Source: Candidatus Nanoarchaeia archaeon (GTDB taxonomy: Bacteria; Patescibacteriota; Microgenomatia; Woykebacterales; RBG-16-39-9b). Taken from it: a stretch of 40,764 nt of DNA. A program made the translations under genes and the position numbers. Where the stretch lies: NCBI GenBank assembly GCA_036382695.1, contig DASVHF010000072.1, forward strand, positions 1 to 40,764. The letters are read 5' to 3'. Positions 23,868-33,298 of the stretch are shown here, in pieces. Numbering within the stretch: the first letter of the stretch is position 1; the number at the start of each line of letters is the position of its first letter. The notes under the pieces are model-generated. The model ran no database searches. It worked only from the letters and a program-made list of their open reading frames with translations, and was not told the DNA's origin.

Positions 23868-24823
23868 TCATACTCCTCCTGCCGGCTCAGAGCAAAAATA
23901 CCGATGTCTGAGGGTGAAAAATTTTGAATGTTCTGGGCAATTTCTACCCTGGGATCTAACTGGAAGCCCAACTGCGCCTTCCAAGGAAATTCTACGAGAA
24001 TTTCGTTTATCTTCTCCAAATTTATCTGATCGTGATCAGCAAAAAGCCAAATTAGATCTGGTGGTTTTTCTTTCTCAAATTTTTTTATAGCTGCTTGCCA
24101 AGCGATAGGTAGAAGTTTTGGTTCACTAGCTCCAAGACCGACAGGTAAAATCTCGGAGACATGGCCATCATTCATAACAGTAAGCTCGCTTCTATCTGCC
24201 CCGACACGAAAAATTAGAACATCTTTCAAATTTTTATCCAATAAAATTTTAGCGGCGGTAAAAGATGTGGGAATAATTTTTTCGATTTTTACATCAATTT
24301 CATTCATAAGACGGTGAAGCAATTCCAGCTCAGAAGCATCTTTAAAGGCGGCAAAACATGAGAGCTGGATTTTTTCACCCTTCAATCCTAACGGATTGCT
24401 GACGCGGACCCCATCAATATCTGCACCGGCTATAGTCGAAAAAAAGACTTTCTTTTCCTCTGTATCTAAATCCTTGACAATTTGATGCAGCGCGTCTTCT
24501 GTTTCTTCTAAGGTAATAGGTTTTTTTGGATTGGGCCGAGCATACCTAGCGATGGTGGTGATAGTTCCTAAAGAGCCGCCTGAGATACCTAAAACCCCAG
24601 TTGTAGGGAAATCCGGAGCAATAGCTGCTAGAGAGTCCAAAGCTTCAAGAACTGTATCAAATACCTCCTCCCCCAATGAATATTTTTTTTTACCTACGCC
24701 AACAAGCTTAATCTGCGGACCTTCTTTTTGAAAGATTGCACATGCGATTTTTTCTAGGCCAATTTCAACAACTAGAAAATCCTTTCGTTTTGGTTTTCGG
24801 CCGAAAAATTTAAAGTTGGGCAT
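23864..24823 (-). CDS. Divergent FtsA/PilM-like actin-fold protein with degenerate nucleotide-binding motifs
   Basis: LVVEIGLEKIACAIF stands in for DIGT.K, IDGVRVSNPLGLKGEKIQL resembles the FtsA P.Gm.G..L segment, and LIFRVGADRSELTV stands in for DiGgG.T. Confidence 0.45.
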   Translation of the reverse strand: MPNFKFFGRKPKRKDFLVVEIGLEKIACAIFQKEGPQIKLVGVGKKKYSLGEEVFDTVLEALDSLAAIAPDFPTTGVLGISGGSLGTITTIARYARPNPKKPITLEETEDALHQIVKDLDTEEKKVFFSTIAGADIDGVRVSNPLGLKGEKIQLSCFAAFKDASELELLHRLMNEIDVKIEKIIPTSFTAAKILLDKNLKDVLIFRVGADRSELTVMNDGHVSEILPVGLGASEPKLLPIAWQAAIKKFEKEKPPDLIWLFADHDQINLEKINEILVEFPWKAQLGFQLDPRVEIAQNIQNFSPSDIGIFALSRQEEYE

Positions 24824-24851
24824 TGTAAAAAACGAAATTCCTACTAACTAT

Positions 24852-24874
24852 ATTATATCTCGCCAGAGAAACAA
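24852..24874. repeat. Copy 2 of the 23-nt promoter-proximal motif (attatatctcgcCagagaaacaa)
   Basis: Matches 8625-8647 at 22 of 23 positions. The minus-sense TATAAT is at 24852-24857, 28 nt upstream of the FtsA-like start. Confidence 0.65.
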
Positions 24875-24886
24875 TCGGCGAAATGT

Positions 24887-24909
24887 AATAGATCGCTTCG
24901 CGCTCTGCG
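24887..24909. repeat. Inverted copy of the CGCAGA..GC..AGCGATCTATT dispersed repeat
   Basis: Minus sense reads cgcagagcgcgaagcgatctatt. Compare the plus-sense copies at 28499-28522 and 37394-37417. Confidence 0.55.
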
Positions 24910-24938
24910 TTGCTGTACTTCTACGAAGACGATTATAC

Positions 24939-26834
24939 CTAATTATTAAGAATTGCTCTGATACGACGCTGTCCTGCCCCCAGTGCCTCTTCTTTAATAA
25001 TTTTGAATTTTCCTACCTGGGCTGTGTGTTCAACATGCGGCCCACCGCAAAACTCTTTAGAATAATTATCAATGGAATAAACCGATACCCTTTCGCCATA
25101 CTTTTCCTCAAACAAACCGATGGCGCCAGCCTTTTTACCTTCCTCCACGCTCATTATTTCTTTTTTCACCGGTAAATCTTCTTTGGTTTTTTGGTTAACA
25201 ACTTCCTCAACTCTTTTTATTTGCTCCTTAGTTAACTTTTCCCCGTAAGAAAAATCGAAGCGAATCCGCTCTGGAGTAATATTACTCCCTGTTTGATAGA
25301 CTTGGTTTCCCAGCTCGTCACGAAGAGCCTGATGAAGTAGGTGGGTCGCCGTATGACCACGAATCGTAACTTCTGTATGGTCAGCTAGACCACCGGCAAA
25401 TCTCTTTTCTTCTTTTTGTTTTGATGCTTGCCTATGTAAAGCAGTCATTGCATTAAATGTAGCTTCAGCTTCTTCTTTATTAAAATCTCCTTTGAGTATC
25501 GCATCGGCGGTTCCAAAAGTTTCTTCTTGTGGAATACCACGAGTAAATTTCAAGTCAGCTGAAACTGTTCCTATTGCCGCTGATGGGGTTGGACTTGACA
25601 TCGTAATCTCATGTTGTTGTTTTAAATCTTCCCATCTTACGGGTGATCCAGAGACGTTAGATGCTTTACTTTCAATAGTACCTCGAGGATCAGCTTGAGC
25701 CTTGCTAATCTCTTCCTGTTCTAATTTTTTTGTCACTGGGGAGTGTACCCTTGACAAATACTTTTTCTCTTCTTGAGAAATCTTATTATTTATAAGATCT
25801 TTTTTCTTTAACAACTCTGGGTACTCATCTTTATAGAAATTAATATAAGAATCTGTTATCCATGATGCAAAACTTCCTTCTATACCAATCTTCCTTGCTG
25901 AAGTAATAGATCTAGTTATTAATCTCACCAGAACAGAACCACGATCATTCGCGCTTATGGGCTCAACTCCATCCGCAATTAAGAATGTTGCCGCTCTCAG
26001 ATGATCTGCTATTATCCTCGCGTCTTTAAGGTTAAATTCTTCTGTTGCTTTATTCTTAATGCGCTTCATTGCTTCCTGAAAAAGCTCAGTATCGTAGACG
26101 TTATCTTTCCCTTGCAAAACGGCAGTAGTTCTCTCAATTCCCATACCGGTATCAACATTTTTTTGTTTCAGGGGAACGTAGGTACCATCTGCAGTTTTGT
26201 TAAATTCCATGAAAACATCATTCCAAATTTCCGCATATTTACCGCAAGTTTCGCCGGGGTGGCATTTCTCTCCATGCTCAACCCTACCAGTATCATAAAA
26301 CATTTCGGTATCTGGTCCACACGGACCCGCTTGGCCTACCGGCCCCCACCAATTATCTTTTTTCCCGAGCCTAAAAATTCGATTTTCAGCGATTCCCAAA
26401 TCTTTCCAAATTTGGATAGTCTCTTCATCTTCTCCTACCCCGGGAATTTCTGGATCACTACCAAAAACCGTCACGTAAATTCTTTTTGGATCTAACTTCA
26501 ACTCTTGAGTGAGAAATTCAAATGACCACTCTATTGCTTCTTTCTTCCAATAATCTCCAAGCGACCAGTTACCGAGCATCTCAAAAAAAGTATTGTGCCA
26601 GGGATCTCCGACATCATCAATGTCGTCCGTCCGCATACTTTTCTGTACGTTAGCCAACCTTCTCCCAGCTGGATGAGGCTCACCTAGCAGATGTGGGACG
26701 AGAGGGTGCATACCGGCAGTTGTGAAGAGAACTGTTGGGTCGTGTTCGGGAATCAAAGAAGCGCTTGGTATAATCGCATGTCCTTTTTTCTCAAAAAATT
26801 CTAGGTATTTTTTCCTAAGTTCCTTTGCTGTCAT
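24939..26834 (-). CDS. alaS: Alanine--tRNA ligase, minimal form (631 aa, no C-Ala domain)
   Basis: N-terminal MTAKELRKKYLEFFEKKGH...LFTTAGM; editing-site HTATHLLH and CGGPHV. The protein ends right after the editing core. Confidence 0.9.
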   Translation of the reverse strand: MTAKELRKKYLEFFEKKGHAIIPSASLIPEHDPTVLFTTAGMHPLVPHLLGEPHPAGRRLANVQKSMRTDDIDDVGDPWHNTFFEMLGNWSLGDYWKKEAIEWSFEFLTQELKLDPKRIYVTVFGSDPEIPGVGEDEETIQIWKDLGIAENRIFRLGKKDNWWGPVGQAGPCGPDTEMFYDTGRVEHGEKCHPGETCGKYAEIWNDVFMEFNKTADGTYVPLKQKNVDTGMGIERTTAVLQGKDNVYDTELFQEAMKRIKNKATEEFNLKDARIIADHLRAATFLIADGVEPISANDRGSVLVRLITRSITSARKIGIEGSFASWITDSYINFYKDEYPELLKKKDLINNKISQEEKKYLSRVHSPVTKKLEQEEISKAQADPRGTIESKASNVSGSPVRWEDLKQQHEITMSSPTPSAAIGTVSADLKFTRGIPQEETFGTADAILKGDFNKEEAEATFNAMTALHRQASKQKEEKRFAGGLADHTEVTIRGHTATHLLHQALRDELGNQVYQTGSNITPERIRFDFSYGEKLTKEQIKRVEEVVNQKTKEDLPVKKEIMSVEEGKKAGAIGLFEEKYGERVSVYSIDNYSKEFCGGPHVEHTAQVGKFKIIKEEALGAGQRRIRAILNN

Positions 26835-26915
26835 AAACCTCCATTATACGTACTAACTAGCCATTTTTCAATTCAAACGCTACTACAAGAACTGCAGGGC
26901 AAATGGGGAAATAGT

Positions 26916-27200
26916 CTACTTGGGTTTCTTCTGGAAAAATCTGCGGGGCTCTCCTGAAGCAGTGGCTTTCGCTTTTTGTTCCGGATCGGATGTTTCTAAG
27001 TCTTCAATGTCGTAATCTTCTATACCCAGCTCTCCGGCTAGAGCAGCGTCGATTTTTTTTCGAGCGGTTTTTACAAGTTCTTTTCCACCTTCACTGTTGA
27101 GAAACCAAACCAATCCCACACCAAGCAGTAGGCCAAAGAAAAGGCCTTTATAAAAATGGCTTTCGTGTTCATTACTGGGATGATGATTGAGTTTCTCCAT
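26916..27200 (-). CDS. YtxH-like small membrane-associated protein
   Basis: GLFFGLLLGVGLVWFLNSEGGKELVK resembles the YtxH hydrophobic-helix-plus-GK pattern. It overlaps the upstream gene by 29 nt. Confidence 0.45.
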   Translation of the reverse strand: MEKLNHHPSNEHESHFYKGLFFGLLLGVGLVWFLNSEGGKELVKTARKKIDAALAGELGIEDYDIEDLETSDPEQKAKATASGEPRRFFQKKPK

Positions 27201-27468
27201 GAGACGGTTCCTTTTTTTCTTTTCGGAAGTTTTGCACTACTTCCAGTGCCTCTTTCACTAAACCCAATACTCCAAACAAAGAGCTTGCTGGACGGGCAAT
27301 TTTTTCATCAAGAATTTCTATGATGGAGTCTACGTGATCTAAAATGTTGTTGAAACGACGGAGAGTAATCCTAGCCTCATGCAAAACTAGAATTAGATAG
27401 ATACCAACAGCTATCAACACTATTGCTACCAAGATAATAATTATCAAGAAAAAAGTTGTAGTGTCCAT
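27172..27468 (-). CDS. DUF948-like (YtxG-type) membrane-anchored coiled-coil protein
   Basis: N-terminal TM followed by an EARITLRRFNNILDHVDSII helix. Confidence 0.45.
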   Translation of the reverse strand: MDTTTFFLIIIILVAIVLIAVGIYLILVLHEARITLRRFNNILDHVDSIIEILDEKIARPASSLFGVLGLVKEALEVVQNFRKEKKEPSHGETQSSSQ

Positions 27469-27551
27469 GGCAGCTCGCCTTTCTTAGGCAGGCACAGAAT
27501 ATCAGGTATTGAGCTGTTTGGCAAGAGAGTTTTTATGTCCTTACAGCCCTC

Positions 27552-28454
27552 CTAATCGTTGTGAGTAAACTCCCTCTCAACCCTTTCGCCTTCTTTACCT
27601 AAGACAAATTCTTTATCCCCAATTTTTACTAAAGTTGCTCCGGCATTCTCAGTAACTATTTTTATTCTTTCTCTTCCTTCAAAATTTTTACTACTACCAA
27701 CAAGCATCAATCCTTGAAAAACGGTCTTTCCATCGACAGCAACTTCCAAAAAGACCGATTTTGTGGGGACTTTTAGCTGAAGGTGGAGCACGTTTTTCTT
27801 TTCACTGGCACCAGCAATTGGTTTTTTTGGAGGCTCAACAATGATCGTCCTTGTCTTAGTATTGATTTTGCCAAAACGGTTGGCGCTAGTTATTGTCAAC
27901 TTATTTACGCCCTCTTTTAAGCTGACGGCCACCGAAAAGCTACCTCCGGGAGAGATTTGCACTTTTTCACCGTTAATTTTTAAAATGGCATCGCTCCAGG
28001 TTTTACCGACTACATTTACTTCAAGTGAAGAAATTTTTATATTGTCAGCAGGTTCTTGAATTTCAAGACGTGGAGCTGCGGTAAAAGAGCGGTATTGGAA
28101 AAAAAGGTATAAAACAACGGCAGCTACTAAACCCGCGATCAAAACAACAGTTACTGAAGCTGGCGTGAAGCGAAATCTAGGCTGTAGTTTATCGAGCCGT
28201 TTGACTACTGTCGTTTCTTTCCTCTCATCATACTCACGCCGGAAAAAAGCAAGAATCTTCCTCTGCTCAAGACCTAAATAAGCCACGTAGTTTTTAAGAA
28301 GGCCTTTGGTGTAAGTAGGGGATAATGTGTCCCAATTACCCTCTTCAAGTAGCTGCAAAATTTTTTTACGGATTTTGGTTTCTCTCTCTACTTGATCTAG
28401 GGTAAGTTTTTTCTTATTTCTGGATTCAATTAAAATCTCACCTACTGTCCTCAT
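27552..28454 (-). CDS. rodZ: RodZ-like helix-turn-helix cytoskeleton-associated protein
   Basis: An N-terminal HTH (VGEILIESRNKKKLTLDQVERETKIRKKILQLLEEGNW), a central TM, and a C-terminal beta domain resembling DUF4115. Confidence 0.65.
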   Translation of the reverse strand: MRTVGEILIESRNKKKLTLDQVERETKIRKKILQLLEEGNWDTLSPTYTKGLLKNYVAYLGLEQRKILAFFRREYDERKETTVVKRLDKLQPRFRFTPASVTVVLIAGLVAAVVLYLFFQYRSFTAAPRLEIQEPADNIKISSLEVNVVGKTWSDAILKINGEKVQISPGGSFSVAVSLKEGVNKLTITSANRFGKINTKTRTIIVEPPKKPIAGASEKKNVLHLQLKVPTKSVFLEVAVDGKTVFQGLMLVGSSKNFEGRERIKIVTENAGATLVKIGDKEFVLGKEGERVEREFTHND

Positions 28455-28495
28455 AGCAAATTATTCGTATCTATCAGGATTTAGCCCACAAAAGT

Positions 28496-28518
28496 GGTCG
28501 CAGAGCGCTTCAGCGATC
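28496..28518 (-). terminator. Hairpin of the dispersed repeat family immediately after the ftsK stop
   Basis: ggtcgc...gcgatc 6-bp stem. Minus sense is followed by ACUUUUGUGGG. Confidence 0.4.
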
Positions 28519-28523
28519 TATTT

Positions 28524-30614
28524 TTATTCGGACTCATTGGGATTACTTTCTCCTAAAATTCTTGCTGGGTCTTTTACCAAAACATCCCTTGGCTTACTAC
28601 CTTCAGCTGCACCAACAACTCCAGCGGTTTCTAGTTGGTCGATTAACCTTGCTGCTCGCGCGTACCCAATCCGCAACCGTCTTTGCAGTAAGGAAGCGCT
28701 CGCCCGATCATATTGGGTAATTACTTTGACGGCTTCCTCAAATAATTCATCCTCCCCATCGGTCCTACCCGCCATTCGGGTTACCGGCATGGCAGTTATC
28801 TCCTCGGTGTACTGAGGTTCGACACCTGATTTCTTTAGAAATTCGATAAGTTTATTAATCTCTGGCTCCGAAACAAACGCGCCTTGTATTCTCCGTGGCT
28901 TAGAAGCATCTGGAGGAACATAAAGCATATCCCCTCTACCAAGAAGTTTTTCAGCTCCTACTTGATCTATAATCACACGGGAATCCACTTGACTAGTTAC
29001 GTTGAAAGTCATCCGACAAGGAATGTTTGCTTTGATCAAACCAGTTATTACGTCAACACTCGGCCTTTGAGTAGCCAAAACCATGTGAATTCCAACAGCC
29101 CGAGACATTTGGGCAAGCCGTGTAATAGCATCCTCCACCTCAACTGGAGCAAAAAGCATAATATCGGCTAGTTCGTCAATGATGATGACGATATAAGGAA
29201 GGGCTTGAAAACCACTAATCTCATTATACATGTCTATATTCCTCGCGCCGACCTCGGCAAAAAGTTTGTAGCGCTTATTCATTTCCGAAATAGCCCAACG
29301 CAAGGCTGAGATCACTTTTTCAGCATCGTTTATCACTTCAGTTAGAAGGTGGGGGGTACCCTTCCAATTCGATAGCTCGACAATTTTGGGATCGACCAAA
29401 ATTAATTTAACTTCACTAGGTGTAGCCCGGAAAAGGAGAGTTGCAATAAAAGAGTTTATCGCCACACTTTTACCAGAACCTGTACTACCAGCCATTAAAA
29501 TATGGGGCATTCTCCCCAAATCATCGATCACCGGTTGGCCAGAAACATCTAGCCCAAGCGCCAAACCCAATTTCGATTTTGCCTTTTGTATCCCCTGCGA
29601 AGCAAGAATCGATTTGAGGGGTACTATTTCAGGAGTAATATTTGGCACCTCAATTCCCACAAGTGATTTCCCAGGAATCGGTGCCTCGATCCTTACTGTT
29701 CCGGTCGAAGCAGCTAGCGCAAGGGCTATATCGTTGGCAAGTGAGGTGATCTTGGTTAGTTTCGTTCCCAACGCTATTTCCAATGCATATTGGGTCACCG
29801 CTGGTCCCATGTTTACTTCTACCACTTTCGCCTGAATACCAAAAGATTCGAGAGTTTGCTCAATGGTAGCAGCATTTTGTTTTACATCACCACGAGCAGC
29901 TTTAGCTCCAATGCTATCAGTCAATATCTCCAGCGGCGGGTATTCCCACGCTTGATCTCCGGGCAAATTAGTTACCGGCTCGCTTGGTATAGCAGTAAGG
30001 GTTTCTTCTTTTTGAGCCCCCTTCTCACCTTCCATCCCCCTTGTGGCAAATAATGGTTCCTGTTTTTCTTTTTCCTTTTCTTCTCCACTTCTAGACCAAT
30101 GGTTCTTCAAATATGCAGATGCCGCCGATAAGAAACGTCCCGAAAACTCAAATGTAGCCTCCAAAGATGTATTAAAAAAGATCACAATTGAGACGAGAAT
30201 GAGTACAAGCAGGACAAAAATTGCCCCTGGTGTTGAAAGCAGACTAGAGAGCATATCGGCAATGAATCTACCGACGACGCCACCACGAGCCGAGGAGAAA
30301 ATTGCGCTAAGTGTTAGGGTCGAAAGTAAGAATATGTAAAAACCAGCTGTCGTGTTCGCGTTAATCAAAGTTGGACGTACTCTTAAAAGAAACAAGCCTG
30401 TAATAGCGAAGGCTATGATTAGTAATGGGCTTATAAAACCAAAAAGTTTAGATATTTGTTCGTAAATTAATTTAACTGGCTCAGAAACTCCAAGAAGAGA
30501 AAGTAGCAAAATCCCCGCTGCTAAGATAAAACTAAGACCAATAAGTGAACCAAAGCTTTTTCTTTTAAGACGAACCTTAAAAAAGTACTTTAGGTAATTT
30601 CTTCTCCTGGGCAT
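28524..30614 (-). CDS. ftsK: DNA translocase FtsK/SpoIIIE
   Basis: Four N-terminal TM segments, Walker A GSTGSGKS, Walker B IVIIIDELAD, and a C-terminal gamma winged-helix (ASASLLQRRLRIGYARAARLIDQLE). Confidence 0.93.
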   Translation of the reverse strand: MPRRRNYLKYFFKVRLKRKSFGSLIGLSFILAAGILLLSLLGVSEPVKLIYEQISKLFGFISPLLIIAFAITGLFLLRVRPTLINANTTAGFYIFLLSTLTLSAIFSSARGGVVGRFIADMLSSLLSTPGAIFVLLVLILVSIVIFFNTSLEATFEFSGRFLSAASAYLKNHWSRSGEEKEKEKQEPLFATRGMEGEKGAQKEETLTAIPSEPVTNLPGDQAWEYPPLEILTDSIGAKAARGDVKQNAATIEQTLESFGIQAKVVEVNMGPAVTQYALEIALGTKLTKITSLANDIALALAASTGTVRIEAPIPGKSLVGIEVPNITPEIVPLKSILASQGIQKAKSKLGLALGLDVSGQPVIDDLGRMPHILMAGSTGSGKSVAINSFIATLLFRATPSEVKLILVDPKIVELSNWKGTPHLLTEVINDAEKVISALRWAISEMNKRYKLFAEVGARNIDMYNEISGFQALPYIVIIIDELADIMLFAPVEVEDAITRLAQMSRAVGIHMVLATQRPSVDVITGLIKANIPCRMTFNVTSQVDSRVIIDQVGAEKLLGRGDMLYVPPDASKPRRIQGAFVSEPEINKLIEFLKKSGVEPQYTEEITAMPVTRMAGRTDGEDELFEEAVKVITQYDRASASLLQRRLRIGYARAARLIDQLETAGVVGAAEGSKPRDVLVKDPARILGESNPNESE

Positions 30615-30678
30615 GGTGAAATCATTATACGCTCAATTACTCTAGGTTTCAAGCTAGGTTTAACTCACTAGTGATTAG

Positions 30679-31578
30679 TTAAAAATAAATAAAGTACAGG
30701 CCAATCCCCATCAGCAAAATTGCTGTTAGTTTAATGCCCAATACACCTTTTCCAAGCTCCTCTTTAAGTATCTTTGGAAACCATATCGAAAGAAAAACCG
30801 CAAATATAAGTGTGAATAGACTTTGAAACCCCCTCATAACACTAACCAAACTAACCGGCCCAGTGGCTATCGCCCAAAGACCGCTAAGCGATGCTATGTT
30901 AACGAGGACCACAGCCGATACTAATAACATCCAACCTATCGATTTAAGGCTTGAAAGACTTTTAATGAATCTATTTCTACTTTTGGCAAGGACCGCAACA
31001 ATCACCAGAGTTGGAAGAAATTCACCAAAACCAAGGTACACTGTTAAATCCCAAAAAGAATATTTGGTGTATAAAGATTTCAACGCCACTGCCTGAACCG
31101 CATAAATTAGGCTGGAAAAAATCATCCACCAAAAGGCTTCTCTTAACCGCAGTATTTTTTCTACTTTCTGAATAGAAATTAGAAAACCGCCAAGTAGGAT
31201 CAACAAAAAGGCCGCGTAGTACTTCGGCGTCAATGTTTCCCCCAAAAACAAAAAAGACAGTAGCAAGACAAGTGGTGGGGTGAATTGAAACAGCGGAATC
31301 ACTCTCGAGACCTCTTCCTTTGAAATAGCCTGAAAGAAAGCAAAAACTGCTGGCAACTGAATCGCACCGGCAAGCATTACTAATACGACAGGGGCCGGTC
31401 CTATCCATCTCAGACCATTAAATATGATGATAAGAATTGCAAGAATTAAAGCAAAGACACCGGTGAGTAAGGATAAAACAAAAGAATCAGGGAGATACTT
31501 TTCCCTTAAAAGCTTATCAATTATGTTATCGGCGCTCCACGCAGCTCGAGCTAGAAGTGAAAAGAAAACCCAATCCAT
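30679..31578 (-). CDS. EamA/DMT family transporter
   Basis: About 10 predicted hydrophobic helices in two halves. 299 aa. Confidence 0.7.
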   Translation of the reverse strand: MDWVFFSLLARAAWSADNIIDKLLREKYLPDSFVLSLLTGVFALILAILIIIFNGLRWIGPAPVVLVMLAGAIQLPAVFAFFQAISKEEVSRVIPLFQFTPPLVLLLSFLFLGETLTPKYYAAFLLILLGGFLISIQKVEKILRLREAFWWMIFSSLIYAVQAVALKSLYTKYSFWDLTVYLGFGEFLPTLVIVAVLAKSRNRFIKSLSSLKSIGWMLLVSAVVLVNIASLSGLWAIATGPVSLVSVMRGFQSLFTLIFAVFLSIWFPKILKEELGKGVLGIKLTAILLMGIGLYFIYF

Positions 31579-31608
31579 ATCGGGGAAATTATATCAGGTC
31601 GGTGAATT

Positions 31609-33297
31609 TTAGACATCAACAATCACGGGAAGTACCATGGGGCGGCGGGCGATTTTTTTGAAGAGGAAACGCTCGAGATCTTCTGTAATTTTTTCTTTGA
31701 CCATCAACCAATTTTTTACTTTACCATTTTTTCTCAAAGTCTTTTTGACAACTTCTTGAGATTCCCGAATAAGATCTGCGCTTTCTTTCATATAAACGAA
31801 GCCGCGTGAGATAATTCCTGGCTCGCCAACCAATTTATTTGTTTTCTTATGGACAGTAATAATTGCTACCACAATTCCTTCTTCAGCAAGGACTTTACGG
31901 TCACGCAAAACAATACTACCGACATCACCAACGCCAATTCCATCAACAAAAACGTTTGTCGTTTCAACCGCTCCAACCACACGGGCACCGCTATGGTCAA
32001 ACTCAACAATCTCACCCTCGTCAATGATAAAGGTTTCCTGAGGAGGTGCTCCCACAGTTTGGGCAAGCTGGGCGAATTGCCTCATCTGACGGTGCATCGA
32101 TGAAATCGGTACTAAATATTTAGGACGGGTGAGAGTAAGCATCATAAGAAGTTCGCTCTGAGCTGCGTGACCAGAAACATGAAAATCGCTTGTGATATCC
32201 GAGTACTTAACTACGGCGCCGAGTCGTGAAAGATCGTCAATCATCTCATAAACTGCATCTTGATTTCCCGGAATAGGATCAGCCGAAAATATGATGTAGT
32301 CCCCTTTTTCAATTGAAATATATTTATGGTCACCAGAAGCAATCCGTGACAAAGCACTACCGGGCTGGCCTTGGCTGCCGGCTACAACCAAGGTGATATT
32401 TTTATCAGGTATGGTATGGACCTTCCCCGCTTTAACCAAAATGTCGGAAGGAATTTTTAAATAACCCAACTCGACTGCTACTTGCACATTTTGCTCCATA
32501 CTCCGACCAATAATTGCCACTTTTCGGTTGTGTCTGAAACTTGAATCAATCGCTTGCTGAATCCTAGAAACATTAGAGGCAAATGTGGTGATAATCACCC
32601 TCCCCGACGCCTCTCTCATCGTTTCATCAAACCTGCCTCCAATGGTGCTTTCGGAAAGTGTCATACCTGGTTTTTCGCTTCTCAAACAATCACTCATCAA
32701 AGCCAAAACTCCACGTTTTCCGTATTCTGTCAAGCACGTAACATCGGTAGTTCGTCCATCAAGCGGTTTAGGATCAAATTTATAGTCGCCAGTATGAATC
32801 GTAGTACCAACGGGACTAGTAATCGCGTAGCCAACTGAATCTGGAATTGAATGGCTAACCCTAAATGGTTCTACCAAAAAAGCGCCTAGTTGGTATTTTT
32901 TCCTTGGTTGAATCTCCACAAAGTCGGCCTGGGACAGCTTACCAGCTTCTTTTAGACGAACCTTAATTAGACCAATGGTAAGTTTAGTAGCATAAATAGG
33001 CGCGGAAATTTTATCAATGATGTAAGGCAACGCCCCAATATGATCCTCGTGGCCATGAGTAATCAAAAACCCGCGGATTTTTTGGCGCTTATCGGTAAGA
33101 TACGAAATATCTGGGATAACCATATCTACCCCGTAGAGCATTTCGGAAGGAAAACCCATACCGCAATCGACTAAAATAATATCGTTGCCATACTCATACA
33201 CAAACATATTTTTAGTAACTTGGCCGTTTCCGCCAAGGGGGATGAATCTAAGTTTACCCCCACCTCGATTTTTTGACTTTCGAAATTTTCGGCTCAT
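31609..33297 (-). CDS. rnj: Ribonuclease J
   Basis: Metallo-beta-lactamase motif ITHGHEDHIG, the beta-CASP region and a C-terminal domain. I trimmed the track ORF (to 33354) back to the ATG at 33297 (MSRKFRKSKNRGGGKLRFIPLGG), which removes the overlap with udg. Confidence 0.9.
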   Translation of the reverse strand: MSRKFRKSKNRGGGKLRFIPLGGNGQVTKNMFVYEYGNDIILVDCGMGFPSEMLYGVDMVIPDISYLTDKRQKIRGFLITHGHEDHIGALPYIIDKISAPIYATKLTIGLIKVRLKEAGKLSQADFVEIQPRKKYQLGAFLVEPFRVSHSIPDSVGYAITSPVGTTIHTGDYKFDPKPLDGRTTDVTCLTEYGKRGVLALMSDCLRSEKPGMTLSESTIGGRFDETMREASGRVIITTFASNVSRIQQAIDSSFRHNRKVAIIGRSMEQNVQVAVELGYLKIPSDILVKAGKVHTIPDKNITLVVAGSQGQPGSALSRIASGDHKYISIEKGDYIIFSADPIPGNQDAVYEMIDDLSRLGAVVKYSDITSDFHVSGHAAQSELLMMLTLTRPKYLVPISSMHRQMRQFAQLAQTVGAPPQETFIIDEGEIVEFDHSGARVVGAVETTNVFVDGIGVGDVGSIVLRDRKVLAEEGIVVAIITVHKKTNKLVGEPGIISRGFVYMKESADLIRESQEVVKKTLRKNGKVKNWLMVKEKITEDLERFLFKKIARRPMVLPVIVDV

Positions 33298-33298
33298 G

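Noticed and set aside
31022-31408. A 128-aa same-strand ORF nested in the EamA transporter gene, together with other nested ORFs such as 11740..11925, 31866..32066 and 34655..34906.
   Set aside because: These are alternative frames of well-supported genes, with Cys/Arg/Trp-rich non-protein-like sequence.
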